Shown here piece after piece: positions 40,679-53,911 of a stretch of 64,000 nt of DNA (positions are counted from its first letter, which is position 1; every line of letters begins with the position of its first letter). A program made the position numbers and the translations under genes. The notes under the pieces were generated by a model. It searched no databases and was not told the origin of the DNA. It saw only the letters and a list, made by a program, of their open reading frames with translations. This DNA comes from Eledone cirrhosa (lineage: Eukaryota), in NCBI GenBank assembly GCA_964016885.1, contig OZ024750.1:51770001-51834000 (forward strand), in the 5' to 3' direction.

Positions 40679-40729
40679 AGTTTAAGCAAAGAATCGCTGC
40701 TTTCACCCTTAACGGGATCTTCTGAAACT
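40679..40729 (-). ncRNA. Hammerhead-like motif with CAGAAGA core in palindrome ~40655-40800 (FABP intron 2, sense)
   Basis: Minus strand agttt-CAGAAGA-ccc/ggg-GAAA-gcag..ttgc-TT|aaact; another copy on + at 36773-36822. Confidence 0.6.
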
Positions 40730-40798
40730 AACAAGAAGATCCCGTTAAGGGTGAAAGCAGCGATTCTTTGCTTAAACTTTAATCTGTTATTTTAATAA

Positions 40799-40863
<65 letters not shown>

Positions 40864-40941
40864 GATTCTTCTCTGTAAGTGATGAAGCCAAGCCAACAGC
40901 GGCTTTTGGTAAAATGTTTTAAGAATGAATTAAACTCTTAC

Positions 40942-41120
40942 TGTGAATGTTGACCCCATCAAATCAGTGGATGAATAAGCTTCGTCGAATTTATAGACAT
41001 ACACCTTTGGTTCTGGCATTCCATCGACGGAGATCTTACATGACCATTTATCACCATCGTTGTCAAACTCGGTGATGAATCTAATTTTGGTAACTTGGTC
41101 CCGCTTGTCTTTATAAACTC
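40942..41120 (-). CDS. FABP-like exon 2 (G-VYKDKRDQVTKIRFITEFDNDGDKWSCKISVDGMPEPKVYVYKFDEAYSSTDLMGSTFT)
   Basis: Acceptor ttttctctttcttatag, 179 nt open in phase 1->0, donor gtaag; DGDKW motif and F-D-E-x(4)-D-x-x-G pattern match FABP exon 2. Confidence 0.9.
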
Positions 41121-41647
41121 CTATAAGAAAGAGAAAACTTTAAACATCACATATTGTTTCTTGTTTTATGTGTTTCTCACATAAAATACACTGAATTAAG
41201 GATTCATCTCTCTGCATCGGTTTTAAGCTTATTTATGAATCAAAACGTTCGGAATTATTTGGTCCACCTGGTCATTCGAGTGGTTTTCTGCTAACATGTG
41301 TAGTGTGCATATTGATATTATGCGCAAGTATATATGCATGTAAATGTGATACATCAAATAACATCGTAATGACAATATGCACAGAAATTGAACGAAGTCT
41401 ATGTTACACTGTCTTCTGTAATCAGTAATGTAATCCATGATACATTAAAAAAAGACGATATTGTATATAAACTGCATTAGGAGAAAATTAGCGACGGAAA
41501 TATATGCAATGTCTTTATAAGTGTTATAATATAACCGGAAGTGTTGACATTTGAAAATGTTAAAGAAGTGAATCTTTAAATAAGCAATAAAATATATTTA
41601 ATCAAGAGTTACGAAATTTAGTACATAAATTATGTAATATTCATTCA

Positions 41648-41905
41648 TTATTTATGGCAGTAAAGTACCAGTAATGCACTGGGTAATTGCTGGCCTTGTG
41701 CCTAAAGTAGAAACAATTATTTATGGCAGTATCGGTAGAGGGTCGGACGCTATGCTTTGACGTATAGAGTTATGGCCCTTGCCATTCTGAGTTCAAATCC
41801 CGCCGAGGTTAACTTTGCCTTTCATCCTTACGGGGTCGATAAAATAAAGTACCAGTAATGCTCTGGGTAATTGCTGGCCTTGTGCCAAACGTAGAAACAA
41901 TTATT
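41648..41905 (+). mobile_element. SINE A with a 5'-truncated SINE A tail nested in its head
   Basis: Duplicated ttatttatggcagta flanks a ~55-bp 3' fragment. Confidence 0.8.
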
Positions 41906-42049
41906 TATTCAAAGTAATCCAACTTATTTTACAAACGGGATAAAAAATATATTCTGGACGCATCCCGCACTCCTTTAGTTAACATTCTTGTAGTAAATAG
42001 GAAATGTCAAGCATTATGTATGTATATACATATATGTGTGTGTGTGTGT

Positions 42050-42201
<152 letters not shown>

Positions 42202-42969
42202 TGCACCCAGTACATTCTGTAAAGTGGAATTTGATCTGGTGCGAAGACAAAACAATCCCAGTGCATTCTGTAAAGTGATAGTGTTGGTGCCATGATAAAA
42301 TATATTCAGTACATTCTGTAAAGTGGTAGTTTTGATGCCATGATAAAATATATTCAGTACATTCTGTAAAGTGGTAGTTTTGATGCCATGATAAAATGTA
42401 CCCAGTTTTACCTAGTTTTATATATTTTCGACAATGGCTTTAGTCACCCTACTCTGCACCTAGTGGCCTGTACACATTTTTGAAAGTCATATTTTATCTC
42501 CAAACACATCCTCTTTTGTAGGCCGTGGACTAAAGAGTAATTAGTCACTCAAGGTTTACATTTTAAGAAAGACGTTTGATAAAAAAAAATTTAAAACAAT
42601 TTATATGAAAGATAATATCGAAAATATTTATGAATCACGAGAAAGATTAACAGCAATAAAATGGCGACTGGAAACATAATTCTACTACATTGTTCTAAAG
42701 AGTTCGTTGATTTTTCCAAACAAGGACGAATTATTGAAGAAATAATTAATATTGGGGAGATAGCTTTGTTTGGATGGAATAGATAATAGAAATATCGTGA
42801 ACTGCTTTGCCTGCATACGGAGGAATTAATTAATCTTGGCCTTATTAATTTGAACGGCGTGTATCCTGAGAAGATAACAACCAGAATGGTAATGAGAAGG
42901 GAGATGAAACGAAAGATATTAGCACGAAAGTAATTTGAAACGGTCAAGCAATCAATGAGGCTTTCTGAT

Positions 42970-43336
42970 TTAGGCCAATAATTTTAAGGGGAGTGGTAAA
43001 TCGATTAATTCGACCCCAGTGCATTACTGGAACTTTATTTAACCAACCCCGTAAGAATAAAAGGCAAAGCTAACCTCGATGGGATTTAAACTCAGAACGT
43101 AAAGGAACGTAACTCCATGCCACAATGCACGTTCCTCAAGTAATTAATAATTGTTTCTACGTTAGGCACAAGGCCAGCAATTGCCCAGTACATTACTGGT
43201 ACTTTATTTTATCGACCCCGTAAGGATGAAAGGCAAAGTCAACCTCGGCGGGATTTGAACTCAGATCGTAAAGGGACGTAACTATGCTGAAAAGCATGGC
43301 GTCCGACCCTCTACCGATACTGCCAATCCACCGCCC
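42970..43336 (-). mobile_element. SINE A copies (old partial 42970-43120; young 43148-43336)
   Basis: Reverse-complement match; cctcaagtaattaata duplicated on both sides of the young copy. Confidence 0.8.
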
Positions 43337-43474
43337 TTAAGTAATCCTCAAGTAATTAATATTGAAAGAAAGGTGAGTTTCTTTAAAACTTGGACAAAGA
43401 ACTTTGATGTAATCAAGTAGATTAAAATAAGGTTCAAGCGACACTGCGTAAGTATTCTCTAAAGAAGCAACTAA

Positions 43475-43520
<46 letters not shown>

Positions 43521-43865
43521 TATACATTATGTCCTTAGAATCATATGATAAGATATATACTCAATTTCCTCTCTCAATTAGCATAATCAACCACACACAA
43601 AAAAAAAACAATTAAACCAGGCTATAAGATTAAAAGGCACCTGTGAAGAAATAATAGATAAATAAACGATAGCCATCTATTCGCGATCAACAGCTATAGA
43701 ATATTTACCCACCATTTCAATAGCACGTGGAAATCGATTAAATATATCGTCAACCATACACAATTAGGTATAAAATTAAAGTTAGAAGAAAAAAATGCAT
43801 ATACACATACCAGGATTACGTTTCGTATATGCATTTTTTTCTTCTAACTTTAATTAATTTAATTT

Positions 43866-43903
<38 letters not shown>

Positions 43904-44302
43904 TATATTCGTGTACAGATATTTTTGCATACACAATAACAAAATATAAACAAACGTATTTATTTGACGAGGTTCGATAACGATAAATATATATCAAATA
44001 TATAAGAACCCTAGAGCAAATCCCGAGCAACGCCGGGCCATTCTGCTAGTATATGCTAAAAGTAAACGGCAAACAATAAAACAAACAATGCAGTACAGTG
44101 AAGAGATATATTAGTTTAACGCTTGATATAGTAGGAAAAGAGTCTTAACGACGATAATGGTGATGATGATGACGATGTCGATGATGATGGTTATGACGGT
44201 GATGACGATGACGATGATTATGATGATGATGACGATTATAACTATGAGGATGACGATGACGATGATGATGATGATGGTGATGATGATGATGACGACGACG
44301 AC

Positions 44303-44345
<43 letters not shown>

Positions 44346-46149
44346 ATGACGGTGACGATGACGATGTCGATGATGACGATGACGATGACGATGTCGATGA
44401 TGACGATGACGATAATGACGATGTCGATGACGATGATGACGATGACGATAATGACGATGTCGATGACGATGATGACGATGTCGATGACGATAACGATGAT
44501 GACGATGTCGATGACGATGACGATGACGATGACGATGTCGATGACGATGACGATGACGATGATGACGATGTCGATGACGATGATGACGATGTCGATGACG
44601 ATGACGACGATGACGATGATGACGATGTCGATGACGATGATTATGGCGGTGATGACGACAACCATCATCACCATCGTCAAAGCAACGTTAAAGATATTTG
44701 TGGAATTTACGGTATTTTGTCATTGGTAATATGTCAGATATTTAATGACAAATGTAATCAATATGTTCCTGTTGTTGTTGTTGTGGTGGTGGTGGTGGTG
44801 GTGGTGGTGGTGGTGATGATGGTGGTGGTGGTTGTGGTGGTGGTGGTGGTGGTCGTGGTGGTGGTGGTGGTGGTGGTGGTGGTGGTGATGGTGGTGGTGG
44901 TGGTTGTGGTGGTGGTGGTGGTGGTCGTGGTGGTGGTGGTGGTGGTGGTGGTGGTGGTGGTTGTTGTGGTGGTGGTGGTGGTGGTGGTGGTGGTGGTGGT
45001 GGTGGTGGTGGTGGGTGGTGGTGGGTGGTGGTGGTGGTGGTGGTGGTTGGTGGTGGTGGTGGTGGTGGTGGTGGTGGTGGTGGTGGTGGTGGTGGTGGTG
45101 GTGGTGGTGGTGGTGGTGGTGGTGGTGGTGGTGGTGGTGGTGGTGGTGGTGGTGGTGGTGGTGGTGGTGGTGGTGGTGGTGGTGGTGGTGGGGTGGTGGT
45201 GGTGGTGGTGGTGGTGGTGGTGGTGGTGGTGGTGGTGGTGGTGGTGGTGGTGGTGGTGGTGGTGGTGGTGGTGGTGGTGGTGGTGGGTGGTGGTGGTGGT
45301 GGTGGTGGTGGTGGTGGTGGGTGGTGGGGTGGTGGTGGTGGTGGTGGGTGGTGGTGGTGGTGGTGGGGTGGTGGGTGGTGGTGGGGGGTGGTGGTGGTGG
45401 GTGGTGGTGGGGGTGGTGGTGGGGGGGGTGGTGGGTGGTGGGGGTGGTGGTGGTGGTGGTGGTGGTGGTGGTGGTGGGTGGTGGTGGTGGGGGGGTGGTG
45501 GGGTGGTGGGGGTGGTGGGGGGGGGGGTGGTGGGGGGGTGGGGGTGGTGGGGGGGGGTGGGGGGTGGTGGGGGTGGGGGGGGGTGGGGGGGGGGGGGGGG
45601 TGGTGGGGGGGGGGGGGGGGGGGGTGGTGGGGGGGGGGGGGGGGGGTGGGGGGGGTGGGGGGGGGGGTGGGGGGGTGGGGGGTGGTGGTGGGGGTGGTGG
45701 TGGTGGTGGTGGTGTGGTGGGGGGGTGGTGTGGTGGTGGGGTGGTGGAGGGATTGGGGGGGGGTGGTGGTGGGGTGGTGTGGGTGGTGGTGGTGGTGGTG
45801 TGGTGGTGGTGTGGGTGGTGGTGGTGTTGGTGGGTGTGTGAAAGAAGAAATGTTAGGGTGTATAGAATTATGTGAGGTAGATGGGGTGAGGAGGGTTGAA
45901 GGTTGATGTGGGAGGAAAGGAATTTGTTGGGTAAGGAGGGGGGGGGGAGGGGGGGGGGGGGAGGGGGGGGGGGGAGGGGGGGGGGGGGGGGGGGGGGGGG
46001 GGAGGGGGGGGGGGGAGGGGGGGGGGGGGGGGAGAGAGATGGTGTAGATAGGGATTGATTATTATTATTAGGTGGTGTGGTTTTGTGAGGATAGGGGGTG
46101 TTGTGTGTGTTTTATTTTTATGTATTTTTTATTATTTTTTATTTATTTT

Positions 46150-46349
46150 NNNNNNNNNNNNNNNNNNNNNNNNNNNNNNNNNNNNNNNNNNNNNNNNNNN
46201 NNNNNNNNNNNNNNNNNNNNNNNNNNNNNNNNNNNNNNNNNNNNNNNNNNNNNNNNNNNNNNNNNNNNNNNNNNNNNNNNNNNNNNNNNNNNNNNNNNNN
46301 NNNNNNNNNNNNNNNNNNNNNNNNNNNNNNNNNNNNNNNNNNNNNNNNN
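46150..46349. other. Assembly gap (200 N)
   Basis: Run of N. Confidence 1.
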
Positions 46350-46777
46350 TGGTGGTGGTGGTGGGGGGGGGGGGGTGATGATGATGATGGTGATAATGAT
46401 GATGTTGGTGGTGGTGGTGGTGGTGGTGATGGTGGTAGTGGTGGTGGTGGTGGTGGCGGTGATGATGGTGGTGGTGGTGATGATGATGATGACAACGACA
46501 ATAGCGATGATACTGGAAATCATTGCAATGGTGATAGACAATCAAGTTTCTCTGTTGTCTCTGGTAAAAGAGGTTGTGTGGTTGAGATAGGTTTGCAGGA
46601 AGTTCCCTCAACAGACAAGACCTCATTAAATTCTTCAAGTAACACTTGAAGAGGAACGAAAACAGAAAGATTGACAGGGCAAAATGGGCCTAGTCTAATT
46701 ATGCTTTCCTAAGAAAGGAGGAAAACTAACTCGGGGAGAGCCCCTTCAATGCCTTTTGTAATACAGAGTAATCAGGG

Positions 46778-47762
46778 ACTTTTGTTGAGGGTTTTCGACC
46801 CCAATTACTCTCGGTAGACTTTTGTTGAGGGTTTTCGACCCCAATTACCCTTGGTGGTCTTTTGTTGTGGGTTTTTACCTCAATTACCCTTGGTGGTCTT
46901 TTGTTGTGGGTTTTCACCTCCAATTACGCTTGGTGGTCTTTTGTTGAGGGATTTCACCCCCAATTACCCTTGGTGGTCTTTTGTTGTGGGTTTTCACCCA
47001 ATTACCCTTGGTGGTCTTTTGTTGAGGGATTTCACCCCCAATTACCCTTGGTGGTCTTTTGTTTTGGGTTTTCACCTCCAATTACCCTTGGTGGTCTTTT
47101 GTTGAGGGATTTCACCCCAATTACCCTTGGTGGTCTTTTGTTGTGGGTTTTCACCTCCAATTACCCTTGGTGGTCTTTTGTTGAGGGATTTCACCCCAAT
47201 TACCCTTGGTGGTCTTTTGTTGTGGGTTTTCACCCCAATTACCCTTGGTGGTCTTTTGTTGTGGGATTTCACCCCCAATTAGCCCTTGGTGGTCTTTTGT
47301 TGAGGGATTTCACCCCAATTACCCTTGGTGGTCTTTTGTTGAGGGATTTCACCCCAATTACCCTTGGTGGTCTTTTGTTGTGGGATTTCACCCCCAATTA
47401 CCCTTGGTGGTCTTTTGTTGTAGGTTTTCACCTCCAATTACCCTTGGTGGTCATTTGTTAAGGGATTTCACCCCCAATTACTCTTGGTGGTCTTTTGTTG
47501 AGGATTTCACCCCAATTACCCTTGGTGGTCTTTTGTTATAGGTTTTCACCTCCAATTACCCTTGGTGGTCATTTGTTAAGGGATTTCACCCCCAATTACC
47601 CTTGGTGGTCTTTTGTTGAGGGATTTCACCCCCAATTACCCCTTGTGGTCTTTTGTTGTGGGTTTTCACCCCCAATTACCCTTGTTGGTCTTTTGTTGAG
47701 TGATTTCACCTCCAATTACCCAACGTGATCTTTTGTTGAGGGGTTTTAGCCCTAATTACCCC
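46778..47762. repeat. ~39-40-bp minisatellite
   Basis: Unit ccaattacccttggtggtcttttgttgagggatttcaccc. Confidence 0.9.
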
Positions 47763-47923
47763 ACCTGGTCTTCCTCATTCTTGAGAAATGTTTCTTGTGG
47801 AAAGTTTATTGCCATAGTTACGGTTTTTGTTGATTTTGAACTTTTTACTGACGTAAACTCCACTTTGTTGTAATTCGTAATTGTATTGTCCCCTGGTGGC
47901 CAATAGAGGTAATTGCCATCATC

Positions 47924-47991
<68 letters not shown>

Positions 47992-48037
47992 CATCATCAC
48001 CATCATCATCACAATCACCATCATCATCATCATTACC

Positions 48038-48089
<52 letters not shown>

Positions 48090-48204
48090 CAATCACCATC
48101 ATCATCATCATTACCATCATCATCACCATCATCATCATCATCACCATCAGTATCATCATCACCATCATCATCACCATCATCATCACCACCATCACCACCA
48201 TCAC

Positions 48205-48239
<35 letters not shown>

Positions 48240-49757
48240 CAATCACCATCATCATCATCATTACCATCATCATCACCATCATCATCATCATCATCATCAC
48301 CATCATCATCACCACCATCACCACCATCACCATCATCATCATCATCATCATCATCATCACCATCACCATCACCATCACCATCATCATCACCATCATCATC
48401 ACCATCATCATCATCATCACCACCATCATCACCACCATCATCATCATCATCACCACCATCATCACCATCATCATCATCATCACCATCATCATCACCACCA
48501 TCATCATCACCACCATCATCATCACCACCATCATCATCACCATCACCATCACCATCATCATCACCATCATCATCACCATCATCATCATCATCACCACCAT
48601 CATCACCATCACCATCATCATCACCATCATCATCACCATCATCATCATCATCACCATCATCATCACCACCATCATCATCATCACCATCATCATCACCATC
48701 ACCATCACCATCATCATCACCATCACCATCACCATCATCATCACCATCATCATCACCATCATCATCATCATCACCATCATCATCGTCATTCTCATTATTT
48801 TATTGTCAATTTTAGTAAGCAGAGTGCAGTGATCTGTATCACTGCCTCCTGCTCTCCCCTTCCTCCACCTCCACCTCCTCCTTTATGGTATAAACTGTGA
48901 TGTCATCGTCAGTTTTATGATTAGGTGGTGGGGTGGAGTGTTGTTTGGGGGGGGGTTGATGGTGGCGTTGGTGGTGGTGTTGATGTTGTTTGATGGTGCT
49001 GGCGGTGTTGGTGATAGCGGTATTGATGTTGGTGGTGTTGGTGGTGGTGTTGGTGATAGTGGTTGTTGATGTTGGTGGTGTTGGTGGTGTTGGTGATAGT
49101 GGTGTTGATGTTGGTGGTGTTGGTGGTGTTGGTGATAGTGGTGTTGATGTTGGTGGTGTTGGTGGTGTTGGTGATAGTGGTGTTGATGTTGGTGGTGTTG
49201 GTGGTGTTGGTGATAGTGGTGTTGATGTTGGTGGTGTTGGTGGTGTTGGTGATAGTGGTGTTGATGTTGGTGGTGTTGGTGGTGTTGGTGATAGTGGTGT
49301 TGATGTTGGTGGTGTTGGTGGGTGTTGGTGATAGTGGTGTTGATGTTGGTGGTGTTGGTGCTGGTGGAGGTGCTGGTGGTGGTGGTGGCTCCTGGTGAAG
49401 GCTGGGGGGGGGGGGGGGGAGTTGGTCTCTATTTAAAGTAATCTAATTATATCCGTTGACTTAATTACCTCAATTGAAATAGAAGGATTCATCAGTGATT
49501 TGGTTTTTATAGCTTTCCGCCATATTGTTTGACTGTTTATCATGGAGAGTGACAAGTTTAAATGGATCAGTAACTTCCGATGGAGCCGTGTGGTGCGCTC
49601 TACTGACGTAGAGCATATCTTGGACACCATACCACTCCAGCTCTGAATACAGCCCATTTCTTGAAGAGGAGAGAGGGGGAAGAGAGAGAGAGAGCGGGGG
49701 GAAGAGGGGTATAGATATATAGATATAGATATATAGATATATAAAGAGAGAGGGGCG

Positions 49758-49795
<38 letters not shown>

Positions 49796-49804
49796 CGGGG
49801 GAAG

Positions 49805-49934
<130 letters not shown>

Positions 49935-49935
49935 T

Positions 49936-50040
<105 letters not shown>

Positions 50041-50045
50041 TAGAT

Positions 50046-50086
<41 letters not shown>

Positions 50087-50128
50087 ATATATTAATAAAT
50101 GGAAACTATATTTATAAAACCATAATTA

Positions 50129-50190
50129 TTTTTATTATATATATTTCAAGGACAACCATGCCACGTCGGTGCGCTTTCATCAGATAAAAT
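50129..50190 (-). ncRNA. Hammerhead motif (family H4), FABP intron 1, sense
   Basis: Minus strand ttttat-CTGATGA-aag.../...ctt-GAAA-tatata-TA|ataaaa. Confidence 0.7.
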
Positions 50191-50358
50191 ACAAAATTTG
50201 TTTTATAAATAGTGACATAACCATGGAAAAACAACCTTGACGGTTGAAAATTTCGCTGGATATATATATATATAAAGAGATGGTGTGTTTGTGAGAGAGA
50301 GAGAGATGGTGTGTGTGAGAGAGATGGTGTGTGTGAGACAACAGTTAGTTCACCATAC

Positions 50359-50396
50359 CGAGAACAATTGTTTCACTTTAGCGGATCCTCAGCTCG
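50359..50396 (-). ncRNA. Second H5 hammerhead copy, stem II degraded
   Basis: Minus strand cgag-CTGAGGA-tccgctaaagt-GAAA-CAATTG-TT|ctcg. Confidence 0.55.
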
Positions 50397-50416
50397 TAAT
50401 GGACATGGTTAATCAC

Positions 50417-50489
<73 letters not shown>

Positions 50490-50564
50490 AGGTGTAATAT
50501 TGTAGAACAATAAAATCATGCATATATCAGATAAGTAGCACTCAACAGTTGGTAGAACTGGAGT

Positions 50565-50789
<225 letters not shown>

Positions 50790-50815
50790 GGTTACATAAC
50801 AGTTAGTTCACCATA

Positions 50816-50855
50816 CCGAGAACAATTGTTTCTCCTTAGCGGATCTTCAGCTCGG
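50816..50855 (-). ncRNA. Minimal hammerhead motif (family H5) in fold-back 50785-50935
   Basis: Minus strand ccgag-CTGAAGA-tcc/gga-GAAA-CAATTG-TT|ctcgg; canonical core, GUU triplet. Confidence 0.75.
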
Positions 50856-51006
50856 GATGTGTCCACATTCCGAGCTGAAGCTCGGCGAAGGTGAAACAAT
50901 CGGTATGGTGAACTAACTGTTGTGTAACCACTTCTACCTAACTCGTCCTTGGACTGAGTGCTCTACCACTACGGATATTACCTTCCAGTGTTCTACCACT
51001 ATATAG

Positions 51007-51069
<63 letters not shown>

Positions 51070-51195
51070 CGGGGGGGGAAGAGGGATATATATATAGAGA
51101 GAGAGGGGGAATAGAGACAGAGAGAGAGAGAGAGAGATGTAGTGAGAGAGAGAGAGAGTGAGAGAGAGAGAGAGAGAGAGTGAGAGAGATGTAGT

Positions 51196-51231
<36 letters not shown>

Positions 51232-51706
51232 TAGTGAGAGAGAGATGTAGTGAGAGAGAGAGATGCAGTGAGAGAGAGAGAGAGTGAGAGAGAGAGAGAG
51301 ATGTAGTGAGAGAGAGATGTAGTGAGAGAGAGAGATGCAGTGAGAGAGAGAGTGAGAGAGAGAGAGATGTAGTGAGAGAGAGAGATGCAGTGAGAGAGAG
51401 AGAGAGAAAGATTTGATTCCAGTACTGGACTGGTACTTTCTCGAAAGGAATTGAACACCGTATCTCTCTGGTGTCGAGCCAGTGGGTTAGCTACTAAAGG
51501 GCCGAGTAGGGTTAATGCACCCGCCCCACATGTCAGTGATATAGGGATCGTTTGCACGCATGCGCCTCCGTCACTTTTTCTCCCCCCTCGGCTTTTTTAG
51601 TCGATTTCTTCAACTATGTTTAGTGTTCGACTATTATAATGCTTACATGTCTTATATATATATACATATATATATATCTGTATGTGTGTATGTGTGTGTA
51701 TGTGTA

Positions 51707-51737
<31 letters not shown>

Positions 51738-52153
51738 GTATGTGTGTGTGTATGTGTGTGCGTGTGTGTGTATGTGTGTGTATGGGTGTATATGTATGCG
51801 TGTGTGTGTTTGTATATGCGCGTGTGTTTGTATGCCTGTGTGTGCGTGTGTGCGTGTGCGTGTGTATGTGTGTATGTGCTTGTGTGTGTGTTTGTATATG
51901 TGTGTGTGTATGTATGTATGTATGTGTGTGTGTGTGCGTGTGTGTTTGTATGTGTGTGTGTCTGTGCGTGTACTCAGTTAATTACAAATCCTTTGAACTG
52001 TCTGACTAAAAAAATATTTATCCGACAAAACACATGCATATACATACATATATGCATACATACACATACATACACACACGCAAAAACATACATACATACA
52101 TACATACATACATACATACATACATACATACATACATAAATACATACATACAT

Positions 52154-52320
52154 AATACCAGTGATTATTGGGCACTGGGATATGTTAGTAACTGCTTCAA
52201 TAGAAATCTTGAGAAGCTGGGCTTCACAGGAACAGAAAGAACACAACTAGTATTACAAGTACAATCCATTAATGGAACAGTAAAAATATGTAAAACATTC
52301 CAAAAATGTTGCATCTAAAA
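52154..52320 (+). mobile_element. Shorter 3' fragment of a related RLE retrotransposon
   Basis: IPVII../ALGYV..LGF..GTVKICKTF, homologous to 53660-53826; preceded by (TACA)n. Confidence 0.7.
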
Positions 52321-52848
52321 ACTGCATATACACATGTACAGATACAAAGCATATACACATGCACACATACAACTCAAAACATCCACATCCACACATACAA
52401 TAACATCCATACCTGCACACACATGCATGCAGACATACATATCTACTTAGTTGATGTTGTGTAAATCCCAATGAATCTAATAATTGTTTTATTTTACATT
52501 AAAAAACATTATGTATGACAAAACAAGAACATTACAAGAAATCCCATGTTATAAACTAAATAACTAATTCTGGTTTTTAAATAAATCATGTGAGACAACC
52601 TAGAAAATATTAATTAAATAATGATTTTTCATTTAGGCACAAGGCCAACAATTTGTGGAGGGGACCAGTCGAGTAAATCGATCCCAGTGCATTACTGGTA
52701 CTTTATTTTATCGATCCCCCGTAAGGATGACAGGCTAAGATAACGTACACTATACAATTACCGATTTCCCAAACACCCCACCCATCCTCGCTCTTATTGG
52801 GACCCGAGAATATTTAATGTCTACCAACGAAAGAGAAGAGTCGGCTCT

Positions 52849-53258
52849 GGGTTAGAAACCGGTACTCAAATGGGTTAGAAACCGGTACTCTAATGGATTA
52901 GAAACCGGTACTCTAATGGGTTAGAGACCGGTACTCTAATGGGTTAGAAACAGATATTATAATTGGCTAGAAATCGGTACTCTAATGGGCTAGAAACCAG
53001 TACTCTAATTGGTTAGAAACTGGTACTCAAATGGGTTAGAAACCGGTACTCTAATGGATTAGAAACTGGTACTCTAATGGGTTAGAGACCGGTACTCTAA
53101 TGGGTTAGAAACAGGTATTATAATTGGCTAGAAATCGGTACTCTAATGGGCTAGAAACCAGTACTCTAATTGGTTAGAAACTGGTATTCAAATGGGTTAG
53201 AAACTGGTACTCTAATGGGTTAGAAACCAGTACTCTAATGGATTAGAAACCGGTACTC
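52849..53258. repeat. 23-bp minisatellite
   Basis: Unit gggttagaaaccggtactctaat. Confidence 0.9.
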
Positions 53259-53415
53259 TTTATATAGGATAAAAATAAAACCATACATATATACATATAT
53301 ACTACATACATATATACATACATATATACACATATACACATATACATATATATACATACATACATAAATACATACATACATAAGTACATACATACATAAA
53401 TACATACATAAGTAT

Positions 53416-53905
53416 ATTGAGACAGATGGCACTAAAGAATACTGGTGGAACCTGAAAATAAAAACTGCCACCAAATTAAAGCACAACCGGCCTGATATTG
53501 TTGTTTGGGACTACACATTGAAAACGTGTTCTGTTGTGGAGATCAACTGCCCACTTGATGTAAACGTTGTCAGAGAAATACAGGAGAAGGAGGACATCTA
53601 CGGACCATTGATGGGGAGTTTGCAAATCAGGTATCCAAGATACACCTTTAGCTTCATACCAATCATTATTGGAGCTACGGGTTATATACCAACCCGCTTG
53701 GACCAAAGTATGACTGAACTTGGATTTGCGGACAAAAAGCGCAGCTCCCTATTTCATAGTCTACAAATGGCTGCGATAGCTGGCACCTTCAAAATTTGCA
53801 AAACATTCTTGCGATTCAAGGGATGACAATTTCTTTTCTTTTACAACCTTGCCACCAGGAAGGTGGCCGGTCAAAAAAATATACTCAAAATTAAGAGAAA
53901 GAAAT
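53416..53905 (+). mobile_element. 3' fragment of a restriction-like-endonuclease non-LTR retrotransposon (R4/Dong- or NeSL-type)
   Basis: KEYWWNLKIKTATKLKHNRPDIVVWD..VVEINCP..PIIIGATG, uninterrupted to TGA at 53826; flanked by (TACA)n-type repeats. Confidence 0.8.
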
Positions 53906-53911
53906 AACATA

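Larger units (their letters stand above)
44150..49390. repeat. Cluster of trinucleotide microsatellites: (GAT/GAC)n, (GGT)n, (CAT/CAC)n, (GGT/GTT)n
   Basis: Read directly from the sequence; source of the poly-M/V/H/S pseudo-ORFs. Confidence 0.95.

Noticed and set aside
47845-48900. Poly-His/Ser/Met ORFs, and the YI/VC/HT ORFs throughout the window
   Set aside because: Translations of microsatellites
52849-53258. GGGTTAG suggesting an interstitial telomere
   Set aside because: Single heptamer within a 23-bp unit, not (TTAGGG)n
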